DNA from: Elusimicrobiota bacterium
Lineage (GTDB): Bacteria; Elusimicrobiota; Elusimicrobia; F11
Assembly (NCBI GenBank): GCA_044221725.1
Contig: JBGAON010000002.1
Location: 609,616 to 673,615 of the forward strand
DNA: 64,000 nucleotides
Direction: 5' to 3'
Shown: positions 11,830 to 23,156 of the stretch, piece after piece
Position numbering within the stretch: position 1 is the stretch's first letter
How the letters are laid out: the number at the start of each line of letters is the position of its first letter
Notes under the pieces: model-generated
Seen by the model: the letters and a program-made list of their open reading frames with translations, nothing else
The model's database searches: none
What the model was told of the DNA's origin: nothing
Position numbers and translations under genes: made by a program

Positions 11830-11902
11830 CGTCATCCTGGCATGTCGTTCACCAGGATCCAATTTAAAAATGGGCTTTGGATAGAGACATTCCAGGGCGA
11901 CG
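11830..11902. repeat. Palindromic element family A, copy 2 (opposite orientation to copy 1)
   Basis: cgtcatcctggcatgtcg..ccaggatccaatttaaaaatgggctttggatagagacattccagggcgacg, between purA and carA. Confidence 0.85.
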
Positions 11903-11912
11903 GCCTCCATTT

Positions 11913-13097
11913 ATGAAAAACAGAACAAAAGGTTATTTAGCGCTCGCCACCGGAAAAATTTTTCAGGGCTGGTGTTTCGGAGCAGAACCATCGGAAAAAT
12001 CGGGAGGCGAGGTGGTCTTCAACACCTCTCTGAGCGGTTATCAAGAAATTCTCACGGACCCATCCTATCAAGGACAAATCGTCGCGATGACGCCCTCGCA
12101 CATTGGAAACTACGGCGTAAATCCAGACGACGTGGAGTCCGGAAAAATTTATCTCTCGGGCTTTATCGTTCAAGAGGAGAGCAATCTTTATTCGAATTGG
12201 CGCGCGACGGGCAGCTTGAATGATTATCTCGCATCCGCCGGCGTAGCGGGACTCACCGGCGTCGACACGCGCGCACTGACACGCTACCTCCGCACGCAGG
12301 GTGCTGTAAGCGGAATCATCTCGAACAACGGCCGCGACCCAAAAGCGTTGATCAAACAGGCGAAAGCGGTGCCGTCACTCGAAGGACTGAATTTGGCGTC
12401 AATGGTATCCACGGCGGAAAAATACAACTGGAACAAAGGCAGCGAAGCGAATGCTGTTCGACCAAACAAGAAAGTTGTCGTGATGGATTTTGGTGTGAAA
12501 CAGAATATTTTGCGTTGCCTTGTGGATCGCGGTTGCGAAGTGACGGTGGTTCCGTCCACAACCTCAGCCGATGAAATTCTCAATGAAAATCCGGATGGGG
12601 TTTTGTTCTCCAACGGGCCCGGCGATCCGGCCGTCGTGAAAGATGGCATCAAGACAATTGAAAATCTTATCAAGCACAGTACCGACCAGAAAGAAAAAGG
12701 GGAAAAGCCAGTCGCGCTCTTCGGAATCTGCCTGGGACACCAATTGATGGGATTGGCTCTCGGTGGGAACACCTATAAATTGAAGTTTGGACATCACGGT
12801 GCGAACCATCCGATTAAGGATTTGGAAACCGGACGCGTCGACATTACGGCTCAGAACCATGGTTTCTGCGTGGAAGGTCAAAAAACGGCGAAAGGCGAGT
12901 GGATTGTAAAAGGAAACAAGGATGCGCTTGTTACGCACATCAATTTGAACGACAACGCAATCGAAGGCCTTCGCCACCGCACGCTTCCGCTGTTTTCGGT
13001 TCAATATCACCCGGAAGCCTCTTCGGGGCCGCACGATGCCAACCATTTGTTCGATCGATTCTTAAACTCAATGGAGAAGGGTCGTCACGCTGGCTAA
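11913..13097 (+). CDS. carA: Carbamoyl-phosphate synthase small subunit
   Basis: GEVVFNT, GYQEILTDPSY, SNGPGDP, GICLGHQ and VQYHPEA motifs. Start set at MKNRTKG because the longer ORF begins inside the repeat. Confidence 0.96.
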   Translation: MKNRTKGYLALATGKIFQGWCFGAEPSEKSGGEVVFNTSLSGYQEILTDPSYQGQIVAMTPSHIGNYGVNPDDVESGKIYLSGFIVQEESNLYSNWRATGSLNDYLASAGVAGLTGVDTRALTRYLRTQGAVSGIISNNGRDPKALIKQAKAVPSLEGLNLASMVSTAEKYNWNKGSEANAVRPNKKVVVMDFGVKQNILRCLVDRGCEVTVVPSTTSADEILNENPDGVLFSNGPGDPAVVKDGIKTIENLIKHSTDQKEKGEKPVALFGICLGHQLMGLALGGNTYKLKFGHHGANHPIKDLETGRVDITAQNHGFCVEGQKTAKGEWIVKGNKDALVTHINLNDNAIEGLRHRTLPLFSVQYHPEASSGPHDANHLFDRFLNSMEKGRHAG

Positions 13098-13114
13098 AAC
13101 GTGCCAGGATGACG
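13083..13114. repeat. Palindromic element family A, short copy overlapping the carA stop
   Basis: cgtcacgctggctaaaacgtgccaggatgacg; supplies carA RHAG*. Confidence 0.65.
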
Positions 13115-13122
13115 AATAAAAT

Positions 13123-16100
13123 ATGCCAAAAAGAACTGATATAAATAAAATTCTCATCATCGGCTCCGGACCCATAATTATCGGTCAAGCCTGCGAGTTC
13201 GATTACTCCGGAACGCAAGCGGTGAAAGCGCTGAGAAAAGAGGGATACAAAGTTGTCCTTATTAATTCGAATCCCGCCACGATAATGACGGACCCGGAAT
13301 TGGCCGACGCCACCTACGTGGAACCGCTCACGGCCAAAGTTCTTGAAGCCATCATTGAAAAGGAACGTCCGGATGCGCTGCTTCCAACGCTTGGCGGACA
13401 AACCGCATTGAATCTCGCGGTGGCTGTCGCGAAAAACGGTGTGCTTGAAAAATACGGCGTCGAAATGATCGGCGCGAACTTGGAAGCAATTGAGAAAGCG
13501 GAAGACCGCCGTTTGTTCAAAGCGGCCATGGAAGAGATTGGGCTCGATCTACCGCGCAGCGGTTTCGCAAAAACACTCACCGAAGCAGAAGAAATCGCGC
13601 AGCAAGTTGGCTTTCCTCTCATTATTAGGCCTTCCTTTACGTTGGGGGGAACCGGCTCAGGCCTTGTCTACACACGCGAAGAATTTTTGAAAGCCGCCGC
13701 AAAGGGATTGGATTTAAGTCCGATTTCTGAAGTTCTCATTGAAGAGTCTCTCGAGGGATGGAAAGAATACGAACTCGAGGTGATGCGCGACAAATCCGAC
13801 CAGTGCATCGTTATATGTTCGATTGAAAACGTTGATCCACTCGGCGTGCACACCGGTGATTCGATTACCGTTGCTCCGGCCATGACGCTCACGGACAAGG
13901 AATATCAAAAAATGCGCGACCAGGCGTTCGCGTGTATCCGCAAAATTGGCGTGGAAACCGGTGGATCGAACATTCAATTTGGTCTTAATCCAAAAACGGG
14001 TCGCATCATTGTGATCGAAATGAATCCACGTGTGTCGCGATCCAGCGCGCTCGCTTCCAAAGCGACCGGCTTCCCGATCGCAAAACTCGCGGCTCTGCTG
14101 GCGGTCGGTTACCGTCTGGACGAGATTTCAAACGATATCACGAAGAAAACGCCCGCGTGCTTCGAACCAACGATCGATTACACGGTCGTTAAAATTCCTC
14201 GTTTCGCGTTCGAGAAATTCTCGGACAGCAATCAACAGCTCGGTACGCAAATGAAATCGGTCGGCGAAGTAATGGCCCTCGGCCGAAATTTTAAAGAAGC
14301 GCTGCAAAAGGCCTTCCGCGGCCTCGAAATCGGTCGCGCTGGCCTTGGTTCCGACGGAAAATCGTTCAACCCGGCCGTGGATCAAGCCCTTGAGGCAAAA
14401 AAGGAAATGACGCCCGAGGCGTGGAGCCAAAAATACGAAGCCGTGGTTCAGTTGTTGCGCGACAAAATCCGGATTCCGAATTCGGATCGACTGTTCGCAC
14501 TGAAGGCGGGCCTTAAGCTCGGCCTCACACGCGATGACATTTTCAATCTTTCGAAAATTGATCCGTGGTTTATTGCGCAAATCGAAGAGTTGGTTCACTT
14601 CGAAGAATATTTGGTGGAGTCCCTCGCCAGCAAACATGAGGGATCAAAAAGCATTCAAGGCGACGTGTTACGCGAAGCAAAAAAACTTGGATACTCCGAC
14701 ATTCAACTGGGTTACTTGTTGGGTCAAACGGAAAAACAAATCCGAGCGATCCGAAAGAAATTGAAAATCGAACCCGTTTACAATTTGGTGGACACCTGCG
14801 CAGCGGAATTTGAAGCGCACACTCCTTATTATTACTCGACGTACGGCGAAGAGAACGAGACAAAGCCGTCCAAGAAAAACAAGGTAATGATTTTGGGGGG
14901 AGGTCCCAACCGCATCGGCCAGGGAATTGAATTTGACTACTGTTGCGTGCACGCGGTTCTCGCGTTGCAAGAAGAAGGCTATGAGACGATCATGGTGAAC
15001 TGCAACCCTGAAACCGTCTCAACGGACTATGATACGGCCGACCATTTGTATTTTGAACCGCTGACGCTCGAAGACGTGTTGAATATTGTTGAGCGCGAGA
15101 AACCGAAAGGACTGATTGTCCAATTCGGCGGGCAGACCCCACTCAATTTGGCGTTACCGTTGGAGGCGGCCGGTGTAAAAATTTTGGGTACGTCCCCGGA
15201 CTCTATTGATCTCGCGGAAGACCGCGAGCGATTTGGTCGCTTGCTCAACAAATTGCAGATTCCGCAGCCGGCGCATGGAATGGCGCACAGTTTCACCGAA
15301 GCGAAAGAAGTTGCCACGCGTATCGGATACCCGGTCATGATTCGCCCGTCCTATGTTCTCGGCGGTCGCGCAATGGAAGTTGTGTACGACGACGCAATGC
15401 TCGAATCGTATATCCTGCGCGCAACATCGCTTTCTTCCACACATCCCGTTTTGATTGATCGCTTTCTTGATAACGCGCTCGAAGTGGATGTGGACGCTTT
15501 GTCTGATGGAACGGATACCTACATCGGTGGCATCATGGAGCACATTGAAGCGGCCGGAATTCACTCGGGCGACTCCGCCTGCATGATTCCGCCACGCAAA
15601 TTGAACAAGGAATCGCTCGACACCATTGTGAGCTACACAAAAACGTTGGCGAAGGCGCTTAAGGTAAAAGGCCTCATGAACATGCAGCTCGCTTTGAAAG
15701 ACAACGTGGTGTACGTGCTCGAGGTAAATCCGCGTGCGAGCCGCACCGTGCCGTTTGTTTCAAAAGCGACAAACGTTCCGCTCGCCAAGCTCGCGGCAAA
15801 GCTCATGATGGGAAAAAAACTTTCTCAAGTTTTACCGAAGCACGTGCTCGGAAAAGATTTTGTAACGCCATGGACCTCGGTAAAGGAAGCCGTGCTTCCG
15901 TGGACACGATTTCCCGGCGTGGACGCGGTGCTGGGTCCGGAAATGCGCTCCACCGGCGAAGTAATGGGAATTGCTGACAATTTTTCTGCAGCTTATGCGA
16001 AGTCACAGGCCGCCGCCAACTCGCCGCTTCCAACGAAGGGAAAAGTGTTGATCAGCCTCAAGCGCAATAACCGCGAACGCGTCATTGATATCGCGCGCAA

Positions 16101-16482
16101 ACTTCACCAATTGGGATTGGGAATTCTTGCCACCGAGGGAACCGCGCTCACGTTCCAAGGAGCCGGCATCCCGGTCGAAATCGTGAAAAAAATTGAAGAA
16201 GGTCGACCAAACGTGGTCGATATCATCACCAACAAAGAAGTGGCCTTCGTGATCAACACTCCGTCGGGCGCGAGCTCTCGCAAAGATGGTTTTGCGATCC
16301 GTAATGCCGCGCTGGGTGCGGGCGTACCGATCATCACCACGGTGGCCGCGGCCGCCGCGGCCACCGAAGCCATTGAATCCATGCAGAAGGAAGATTGGAC
16401 CATCCGCTCGTTGCAGGATTATTACGCTTCGCTCAAAACGAAAGCCAGCAACACACCAAGTAAAACAAAAGTTCGCGCGTAA
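13123..16482 (+). CDS. carB: Carbamoyl-phosphate synthase large subunit
   Basis: [24 protein letters not shown] start, two ATP-grasp halves, C-terminal MGS domain. Confidence 0.98.
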   Translation: MPKRTDINKILIIGSGPIIIGQACEFDYSGTQAVKALRKEGYKVVLINSNPATIMTDPELADATYVEPLTAKVLEAIIEKERPDALLPTLGGQTALNLAVAVAKNGVLEKYGVEMIGANLEAIEKAEDRRLFKAAMEEIGLDLPRSGFAKTLTEAEEIAQQVGFPLIIRPSFTLGGTGSGLVYTREEFLKAAAKGLDLSPISEVLIEESLEGWKEYELEVMRDKSDQCIVICSIENVDPLGVHTGDSITVAPAMTLTDKEYQKMRDQAFACIRKIGVETGGSNIQFGLNPKTGRIIVIEMNPRVSRSSALASKATGFPIAKLAALLAVGYRLDEISNDITKKTPACFEPTIDYTVVKIPRFAFEKFSDSNQQLGTQMKSVGEVMALGRNFKEALQKAFRGLEIGRAGLGSDGKSFNPAVDQALEAKKEMTPEAWSQKYEAVVQLLRDKIRIPNSDRLFALKAGLKLGLTRDDIFNLSKIDPWFIAQIEELVHFEEYLVESLASKHEGSKSIQGDVLREAKKLGYSDIQLGYLLGQTEKQIRAIRKKLKIEPVYNLVDTCAAEFEAHTPYYYSTYGEENETKPSKKNKVMILGGGPNRIGQGIEFDYCCVHAVLALQEEGYETIMVNCNPETVSTDYDTADHLYFEPLTLEDVLNIVEREKPKGLIVQFGGQTPLNLALPLEAAGVKILGTSPDSIDLAEDRERFGRLLNKLQIPQPAHGMAHSFTEAKEVATRIGYPVMIRPSYVLGGRAMEVVYDDAMLESYILRATSLSSTHPVLIDRFLDNALEVDVDALSDGTDTYIGGIMEHIEAAGIHSGDSACMIPPRKLNKESLDTIVSYTKTLAKALKVKGLMNMQLALKDNVVYVLEVNPRASRTVPFVSKATNVPLAKLAAKLMMGKKLSQVLPKHVLGKDFVTPWTSVKEAVLPWTRFPGVDAVLGPEMRSTGEVMGIADNFSAAYAKSQAAANSPLPTKGKVLISLKRNNRERVIDIARKLHQLGLGILATEGTALTFQGAGIPVEIVKKIEEGRPNVVDIITNKEVAFVINTPSGASSRKDGFAIRNAALGAGVPIITTVAAAAAATEAIESMQKEDWTIRSLQDYYASLKTKASNTPSKTKVRA

Positions 16483-16491
16483 GCTGGGTTC

Positions 16492-19400
16492 TTACACCTG
16501 TCGCAAGCGGACGCGTATTCGCTCAAACGTCGCCGGATCTTTAAGTTGTTTTGCGGTCGCTGCAATCGATTCCAAAGCACCTATGATCATCACCACGATA
16601 TTTTCGTCGTGATCGTCATCGCCAAATTCAACCGAAACTTCCTCTGAGGTCACAATGCGATGAAGATGGGACGATGGATTCCATCCGCGAATCGTCCGCA
16701 TCACGGCACACAGCTCCGCAAAGGGCACGATCGAGTTCGCGAGCAACCCTTTCCGATTGTTCGCTCGAATAAACACACCGGCGTGATTCCGGAACGTGCT
16801 GAGGGTATTCAATTCCTGCGCCGTCCGGCCATCTTCCGTGATCACGTAGATGTATATGGGACGTTCCACGGAAGCCGATGCAACCATCGCTTGAATCGTG
16901 TGCAACATTTGGCGTTTGCGGTTTTCTTTAAGTAGCACGACCACGTTCGTGGGCGTGCCATGCACAAACGGAACCACATTCCCATCGATGTCTTGAATAT
17001 CTCTTCGGTGAGAAGCTTCGGTGAGATCCAGCGCCGGATTTTCGTCGACCGCATGCATGGTCGTCGCAGCGGCGAACCTTTCCGAGTTTGTTTTTTTCGA
17101 CCGTTGAGGCGGCCGAACGGGAACCATGTTTCCTTTTTCATCCAGTTCGGTGACGTCACCAAACGCAAAGCTCAGATTTATTTGTAGTTCGTTTGAAAGA
17201 TGCGAAAAATCTGGAAGCGGCTGATTGTTTGTTCGGTACCTACCATTTTCAACACTGAAGTAGTTCGGCAAGCCAAGAAGAAACATGGCAATTCCAAGAC
17301 GCTCGAACGGCGTGACGAGTTGAAACTGCGTCGCCAGATCTTCAACCGAATAGGTCCGCCCATTGTTCATCAATTCCACAAGTATTTCCATTTGCGCGCG
17401 ATGATCGCGGAGCAATTCCGAAATTGCCTTTTTTGCCACAAATTCCATGGCGTTCGAGCTGCGGGGAAATCGAAAATCGGGCCCCATATCCAATTGATCC
17501 ACTATCGATTGAAGAGAGATGCGATGGCGGTTTGTGTCATGCGCGTACTGCACATCGGCCACACCGGAACGACCAAATCGTCGTTGGATGGCGCCCACCG
17601 CGAACGGATTATTTATGCGCGTAAACACAATGCTTCGCTCGGAAATATGGTGAACCGGCGGATGCGATAAAACAAGCGTCAGTTGCTGCTCGCCCCAGAG
17701 CCGCAACCATCGACGGATGGCCGTGAAAAATTCGACTCTTGGAACGGGAATCGATTCTCCAACCACCGGAACAATTGGCTCGTACGAACGGAGGCGAGGA
17801 TCCGTGGCCAAAGCGACGCTCCGACTTAGTTCGCCGTGAACAACGGCAACCTTCCGGGGATTCACGGACCGCACGTATTGCACCAACTCCTCGCCGCTCG
17901 CATGGCCGCTTAACTGGAATGAAAAAATATCCGACCGCAAACGAATTGAGGTTCCGTTTTTGATGAGAATATCATCGCCCTTCTGTGCGCTTAAGATTCG
18001 TGAACCCAGTCCGCTTTCCGGCTGATAGTTCACGAAGCCCAGAACATTATGTGAATGCGCCAGCGTGCGCGGCAAGTAATCCATGATCGCTGAACGCGAC
18101 TGCAACATCCCGGACGTCGCCAACAATATAATCGGTCGTCCGTCGTTTCTTTCCAACCGTTGAAGAACTTTGTTTCGGCCGATTCCCGTTCGTTTCGACT
18201 TCAAATCAAACACGCGGTCGGACTCTTTAATATCAAGTTGATAGAGCTCGTTGAGACTTCCTATCGATCCATCGATGTAAATATCAACGTCGGCCGGAAG
18301 GACGCGCTTTTTCCTCGCGGCAAGAAGTTCAAGCAACAGTTCTTGAGAGCGTCCCAATCCGAGCACGGGGAAAACGACATTCTTGTTGGCCCGCACGGCC
18401 CCCGCCGTGGTATCGATCAGTCGACCAACTTCGTGCGCGCGGCTGCGGTAATCGGTACCGCCGTAGGTGCTTTCGACTATCAACAGATCCGGAGATTCGT
18501 GCGGAAATTCCGCGCCTTCGACGGTCGCTTGATTCTGCAAAAACAAATCGCCGGAAACCGTCACGACACCGGTGATGCTTCCCAGTTCAACCGTGGCCGC
18601 ACCGCGAAGATGACCGGCCCGGTGAAATAAAAGCCACGCTTTTTTTCCAAGTTTTCTTTTTTGACCAAACTCGAGTGGGGTGAGGTAGTGCAGCGTATCC
18701 GTAATATCGGTTCCGGTGACGCCATAAGGCCGCAACGATTGATTTTGCATGCGCAAGTTGGGATGCATCAATTGGATCGTCTCGGGCGTTGCGTAAATCG
18801 GAACATGACGCCCTTTTTCGCGGAGCAACTTGTGCAGCAACGGCAAACTGCCGATGTGATCCAAATGAGCGTGCGTAATAATTATGAAGTCGATATCGTC
18901 GGGAATCATTGAAAAGTCGGGGACGGGACTTTCACTTCCGACGGCGAATCCAACGTCCACCACGCCTTTTACTCCTCCAATCGAAACAAGATGACAACTG
19001 GCTCCGACGGAGCGGGTCCCACTCACGGTCGTCACCAGCGGCGCATCGGGCACCCAGCTTCGCATCCACGGAGAGAGCGGAATTCTTAGCGACACGGAAG
19101 CGAGCACAACCATGGTCACGAGAAGATCATTAATCCGTGCCGCAAATCGGAACGTGTTGACGCGCTTCGAATGCAACCACGGCACCACGGCTTCGGTATT
19201 TTCCTGAAGCCATGGCAAAACGAAACTAAAGAAGCCGAGACTCCTGTTCACTTGAACATGTTCTTTAAGGATTTCCAGAACGATTGGAATTTGGAGTGTG
19301 GCGTGAATGGCGACAACGAAACAAAAAGCAACATCCGTATTCACAAGGAGCGATAGAGAAGAATAGACGACGTTCAGAAGGGAGCCAACGAGAAGAGAAC

Positions 19401-22400
19401 GTAGAAGAACGCGCGCCACGGAACTATCTGTTGCGACCTTTTTTCGATAAAGCGCCTTCGCAATCCAGAAAGAGAGCGCATGCGAGAATCCAAAAAGAAG
19501 AGACGCCGTTAAAATTCTTTCGGCCAGTACCAAAAACAGTCCCAATCGCAACGGCGCGTCCAGCAACATCGCTTGGAACAATCTCGTTTCGAGAAATGGC
19601 GCCGTTACGAACAACACGCCCACCGCGTAAAACAGAAACAACGCGTTGGATCCACCCACGAACCACCGGCGCACAAGCGGATCAAACACGAAGTTCGCCG
19701 GAGTGTCACCGCTCTTTGGCGGTGCAAGCTCGTCATCCGACGCGCGCTCAAGCGCCGAGGTCTTCGACCATTCGAACAACTTTCGCGGATGGGCGTTAAC
19801 GAGACAAGCCACCTGGCGGACAAGATCTCGCGCCTGTCCTCCATAGAATTGGGATAGAACAATAAGCGCAACTTCTCCCGAAAATTGATGAGAACCGTCG
19901 GCGCCCAAAAAATCGTTAACGATCTCTCGTAACACAAATTGCTGCGCACGCGGACTTTTTGCTGAGAGAAACAACCGAATTTTGGCATGCGATTCCATTG
20001 TGTTCATCGCAAGCGCGTCAAGGTTGACAGGGCGACTCTCGATCATTTCGATGATTGCAACGGCCACCGCCCGATAAATGGTCAGATCGAAATCATTTCC
20101 AAAAATCGACGCGACGACATCGCGAATGAAAATTTTTGGTTTGTTTGCGATATCTTTGAACCGACTGGATTGCTCAATGTGGAGCCATTCTTCTGCAAGT
20201 GTCATCTCACGATTCAATCGGACATACACGTTCCACGGAAGACCTACCGCCCAATTCAACAATGGGACGAAAAACGGGCTCTCGGCAAACATGTTTCCGA
20301 ACGATTTTGCTTTTAGGGGATAGGCATGTCGATCGTAGGACAACAAAATCTCCTTAAAGCCATCGGTGCATCCGAGTTGAGACGTATTCATCAAACCTTT
20401 TTCGTCATCAATCACAGCGGTGATCACTGTTCCTCCGGGTCCATTCGTGATATCGAAGAAGTGAACACGCGCAAAACCAAAGCGGTTATCGTTGAAACCA
20501 AAATACCAGCCGTGCTCAAGAAAATACGCCTGATTGACTACTTGCACAAATTCCGAAGCCTTAATATTCCGATCGACCGCCGCCACACCAATTAACTTCG
20601 CCAGCTGATTCACGTCTCGAAAAAACTTTTCCTTCAGGTCGGGTTCAACTTCTGAGTTTCTCCATTCATCGAGGTCCATCTGCATAACGGCGATCTGATC
20701 CAGGATTTCACTGGGCAAATTTTCCAATGGATGGGAGGGTTTAAGCCTGGGCCAAGCGTGACCCCAGACTTCGGGCTTGTAACGAACGAGAACGGTCCTC
20801 TTGGGTGTTTTGTTTTTTTTGCGGGTTTTTATCGGCGGTGGAAAGCCCGCAAAACCCAGCAGTTGCTGCTTCGTTAAATCGAGATTAAGCGTGTCGTCTC
20901 CAGAAAAGAAGTTGCGAAACGTCGGCTTAATTTCTTCTTTGATTTGAACATGGATTTCATACAGATTGACAGAGCCGCCCAGCCTGTACACATCCAACTG
21001 CAAATCGTGCTTATCAATCGCAAACGGCTTGAGAAATGAGGCGACTTCAGAGTGAAGCGCGTTGGAAAACCGTTCCGTGTAATTGTTTTCGGCAAGAAAC
21101 AAATCATCGATAACAGCTTTGAAATCCGGGGGGTTCAGCCAGTTTCCTTGAAAATAAAGTTGAACGGGATCTTTAATCGGCGGGAGTCCGATTTTCCGAT
21201 TAAGCGTTCGGCGAGCCAAATCGCGTCCCGGATGATTTTGCAAATAGCGCAGGACATCTCGAATCCCTGCATCGTCATCGAGCGAAATATCGGCCAGCGG
21301 ACGACCATTGAACTCCGCGAGCGTTCGCGTGACAGCCGGTGCGTTTCTCTGTTTGGCAGAAACGGTTCCTTCTTTGATGTCGACTGATTCAATTTTTTCT
21401 TTTGTGCCTTCGATGTCGACCTGCACCGTTGTATCCGTCGGCCCTTTCCATTCTGCCTTCGTGCTTCCGTCAGAGATTTCGCGATTCTCGAGTATCGGAG
21501 ACGAATTCGAAAAGATTTCGCCGGCGGCAGCCACGGGATCTCTCGCGAGCGATGCTGCGGTTAAGCCGAGGTCCGGCAGTATCGCCTTTTGTAGCGGAGC
21601 CAGGAAAAGCGCTTGGCCATTAAAAAACTTTTCGAGCGGCGTCCTCTTTTGCGCGAATTCCGAAAGATAGGCGGCACCACGAGAGATATCCACCTTTGTT
21701 ACACGCGGAGTGAATTGAATGACGTCGTATCCTGCCGCCGAAAGTTTTTCGGATATCCCAGAAGAATGGAAACCACCAGCAACGAGGACAAAGGTGCCTC
21801 GGACAGCGTACGTCGTACGTCGGATCCGATCAAAAAGATTCTGTGCCATAGCGGCATCTCGCTTCTCTGCGACCTCATAAAACGACTCGAACGGCGCTAG
21901 GTTACCCGTCCGTCGTGGGAGGTACGACGTACGAAGTACGTTGTAATCCTTCCACTCCGCAGCGCTCAGCGAAAAATTCACAAGTTTCTTTGTAAACGCT
22001 AGCGCCTTCGCTTCGCGGACGGTTTTTCGCTCCAGCTCCGTTCGCGTGAGGATTTGGTACGCGTGCGCCTCTGCTCGGCTCATCTCGTCAAAAAGTTTTT
22101 CAGCGGAAATTCGCTCCGACAGCTTTATGTAGCGCGCGTAAGATTCCAGCAATGGATAGTTTGAAAGTTTTCTCGTGGATGAATGGACATACGCGCGCCG
22201 TTCGACTTCAACTTTCGAAAAATCGAGCGCCGATTCCAACGCAAACGCTTCGAGAAAATTGTTTATTTGCTCGCACGACCGGGGGGAAAACAATTTTAAG
22301 GCCGCTAGATAAGCGCCGATCCGAATTTTTCCTTCGCGGTAGGCTTCCACTTGCAAATCAAACATCGCGAGTTTCGGGTTAAATTCTTTCTTTGCTCGCG

Positions 22401-23010
22401 CAATTTCGTTGGACCGCGCCGCTATTTCCTTTTCGATGGCACCGACCTGCTCGCGTGATTCGAGATAAGCATGAACGTTCGCTTGGTACAAGGACGCATC
22501 ATCAACACCGACAATCGCTGGAAAAGTTTTGCCGGATAAAATCCCCGCGTGCATCGCGCCGGACAACTTCCCGACACGAAGGTAATAATCCGCCACGCTG
22601 CGAAGCACCGCCGGTTCCGAAAAATACTGAAACGGTTTCAATTGAACCGGATCAAACGCCCCTTCGAGGAAAATCTTTCGGGCGCCTTTGTCGACGAGAT
22701 ACCGAACGGCGGAGGCAATGTTGCGCTGGGCTTCAGAATTCGCGTGAATATCTTGAATCAGATACACGGTCCCCGCAGACGCAGCGGTTGGTTTCTTTAT
22801 TGATCGGATGAATCCATAGGCTTGCAGACCAGGAAGGGGGGAAATTGTTTTCACCGCGACGGACGATAACAACGATGATCGGTGTTGACCCAACGCCTGC
22901 CGCTCGGCCCAGAAATTCAACTCTGGTTTCGCTCCGAACGTCGTTTCAGCGCCTATTATTAAGGAAAGTACAGCGGCGATCGCCCGCCGCAGGAACGTCT
23001 TTTTAAGCAT
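16492..23010 (-). CDS. Giant exported/membrane protein, paralog 2 (2172 aa): conserved N-terminal module, unknown region, CPBP-like TM segment, MBL/beta-CASP ribonuclease domain, unknown tail
   Basis: Signal peptide; IQDIH, LEGAF, GVDD..Y.ANV.AY, FYEVAEKRDAAM and VAGGFH motifs. RNase motifs THAHLDHIGSLP, AGHLRGAA, SGD, VESTYG, LGRSQE, TSGML, LSGHA and VVHGE at ~17740-19035. Confidence 0.82.
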   Translation of the reverse strand: MLKKTFLRRAIAAVLSLIIGAETTFGAKPELNFWAERQALGQHRSSLLSSVAVKTISPLPGLQAYGFIRSIKKPTAASAGTVYLIQDIHANSEAQRNIASAVRYLVDKGARKIFLEGAFDPVQLKPFQYFSEPAVLRSVADYYLRVGKLSGAMHAGILSGKTFPAIVGVDDASLYQANVHAYLESREQVGAIEKEIAARSNEIARAKKEFNPKLAMFDLQVEAYREGKIRIGAYLAALKLFSPRSCEQINNFLEAFALESALDFSKVEVERRAYVHSSTRKLSNYPLLESYARYIKLSERISAEKLFDEMSRAEAHAYQILTRTELERKTVREAKALAFTKKLVNFSLSAAEWKDYNVLRTSYLPRRTGNLAPFESFYEVAEKRDAAMAQNLFDRIRRTTYAVRGTFVLVAGGFHSSGISEKLSAAGYDVIQFTPRVTKVDISRGAAYLSEFAQKRTPLEKFFNGQALFLAPLQKAILPDLGLTAASLARDPVAAAGEIFSNSSPILENREISDGSTKAEWKGPTDTTVQVDIEGTKEKIESVDIKEGTVSAKQRNAPAVTRTLAEFNGRPLADISLDDDAGIRDVLRYLQNHPGRDLARRTLNRKIGLPPIKDPVQLYFQGNWLNPPDFKAVIDDLFLAENNYTERFSNALHSEVASFLKPFAIDKHDLQLDVYRLGGSVNLYEIHVQIKEEIKPTFRNFFSGDDTLNLDLTKQQLLGFAGFPPPIKTRKKNKTPKRTVLVRYKPEVWGHAWPRLKPSHPLENLPSEILDQIAVMQMDLDEWRNSEVEPDLKEKFFRDVNQLAKLIGVAAVDRNIKASEFVQVVNQAYFLEHGWYFGFNDNRFGFARVHFFDITNGPGGTVITAVIDDEKGLMNTSQLGCTDGFKEILLSYDRHAYPLKAKSFGNMFAESPFFVPLLNWAVGLPWNVYVRLNREMTLAEEWLHIEQSSRFKDIANKPKIFIRDVVASIFGNDFDLTIYRAVAVAIIEMIESRPVNLDALAMNTMESHAKIRLFLSAKSPRAQQFVLREIVNDFLGADGSHQFSGEVALIVLSQFYGGQARDLVRQVACLVNAHPRKLFEWSKTSALERASDDELAPPKSGDTPANFVFDPLVRRWFVGGSNALFLFYAVGVLFVTAPFLETRLFQAMLLDAPLRLGLFLVLAERILTASLLFGFSHALSFWIAKALYRKKVATDSSVARVLLRSLLVGSLLNVVYSSLSLLVNTDVAFCFVVAIHATLQIPIVLEILKEHVQVNRSLGFFSFVLPWLQENTEAVVPWLHSKRVNTFRFAARINDLLVTMVVLASVSLRIPLSPWMRSWVPDAPLVTTVSGTRSVGASCHLVSIGGVKGVVDVGFAVGSESPVPDFSMIPDDIDFIIITHAHLDHIGSLPLLHKLLREKGRHVPIYATPETIQLMHPNLRMQNQSLRPYGVTGTDITDTLHYLTPLEFGQKRKLGKKAWLLFHRAGHLRGAATVELGSITGVVTVSGDLFLQNQATVEGAEFPHESPDLLIVESTYGGTDYRSRAHEVGRLIDTTAGAVRANKNVVFPVLGLGRSQELLLELLAARKKRVLPADVDIYIDGSIGSLNELYQLDIKESDRVFDLKSKRTGIGRNKVLQRLERNDGRPIILLATSGMLQSRSAIMDYLPRTLAHSHNVLGFVNYQPESGLGSRILSAQKGDDILIKNGTSIRLRSDIFSFQLSGHASGEELVQYVRSVNPRKVAVVHGELSRSVALATDPRLRSYEPIVPVVGESIPVPRVEFFTAIRRWLRLWGEQQLTLVLSHPPVHHISERSIVFTRINNPFAVGAIQRRFGRSGVADVQYAHDTNRHRISLQSIVDQLDMGPDFRFPRSSNAMEFVAKKAISELLRDHRAQMEILVELMNNGRTYSVEDLATQFQLVTPFERLGIAMFLLGLPNYFSVENGRYRTNNQPLPDFSHLSNELQINLSFAFGDVTELDEKGNMVPVRPPQRSKKTNSERFAAATTMHAVDENPALDLTEASHRRDIQDIDGNVVPFVHGTPTNVVVLLKENRKRQMLHTIQAMVASASVERPIYIYVITEDGRTAQELNTLSTFRNHAGVFIRANNRKGLLANSIVPFAELCAVMRTIRGWNPSSHLHRIVTSEEVSVEFGDDDHDENIVVMIIGALESIAATAKQLKDPATFERIRVRLRQV

Positions 23011-23016
23011 AGAAGA

Positions 23017-23070
23017 AGTATCTCAAAGTCCGGTTAAAGCAGCCTTAACGACTTGTAAATTTGTTGTAAA
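23017..23070 (-). promoter_or_regulatory. Four hexamer direct repeats at 11-bp pitch plus -10-like element upstream of the giant gene
   Basis: Minus strand: TTTACA(23070), TTTACA(23059), TTAAGG(23048), TTAACC(23037), 9 bp, GATACT(23022-23017), 6 bp, ATG. Confidence 0.6.
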
Positions 23071-23120
23071 AGACACCAATTAAAAACCGATTTAGTCTCT
23101 TCTCTCGTTCAAATTTCTGC

Positions 23121-23149
23121 TTGACGCACCCATGGGTAGTAAATACAAT
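23121..23149 (+). promoter_or_regulatory. Sigma70-type promoter of nrdR-nrdJ-dcd
   Basis: TTGACG(23121)-N17-TACAAT(23144). Confidence 0.7.
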
Positions 23150-23156
23150 TCCGCCA

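Noticed and set aside
16492..23010. Giant gene as a prophage or integrative element
   Set aside because: No integrase, transposase, att-like repeats or phage genes flank it.
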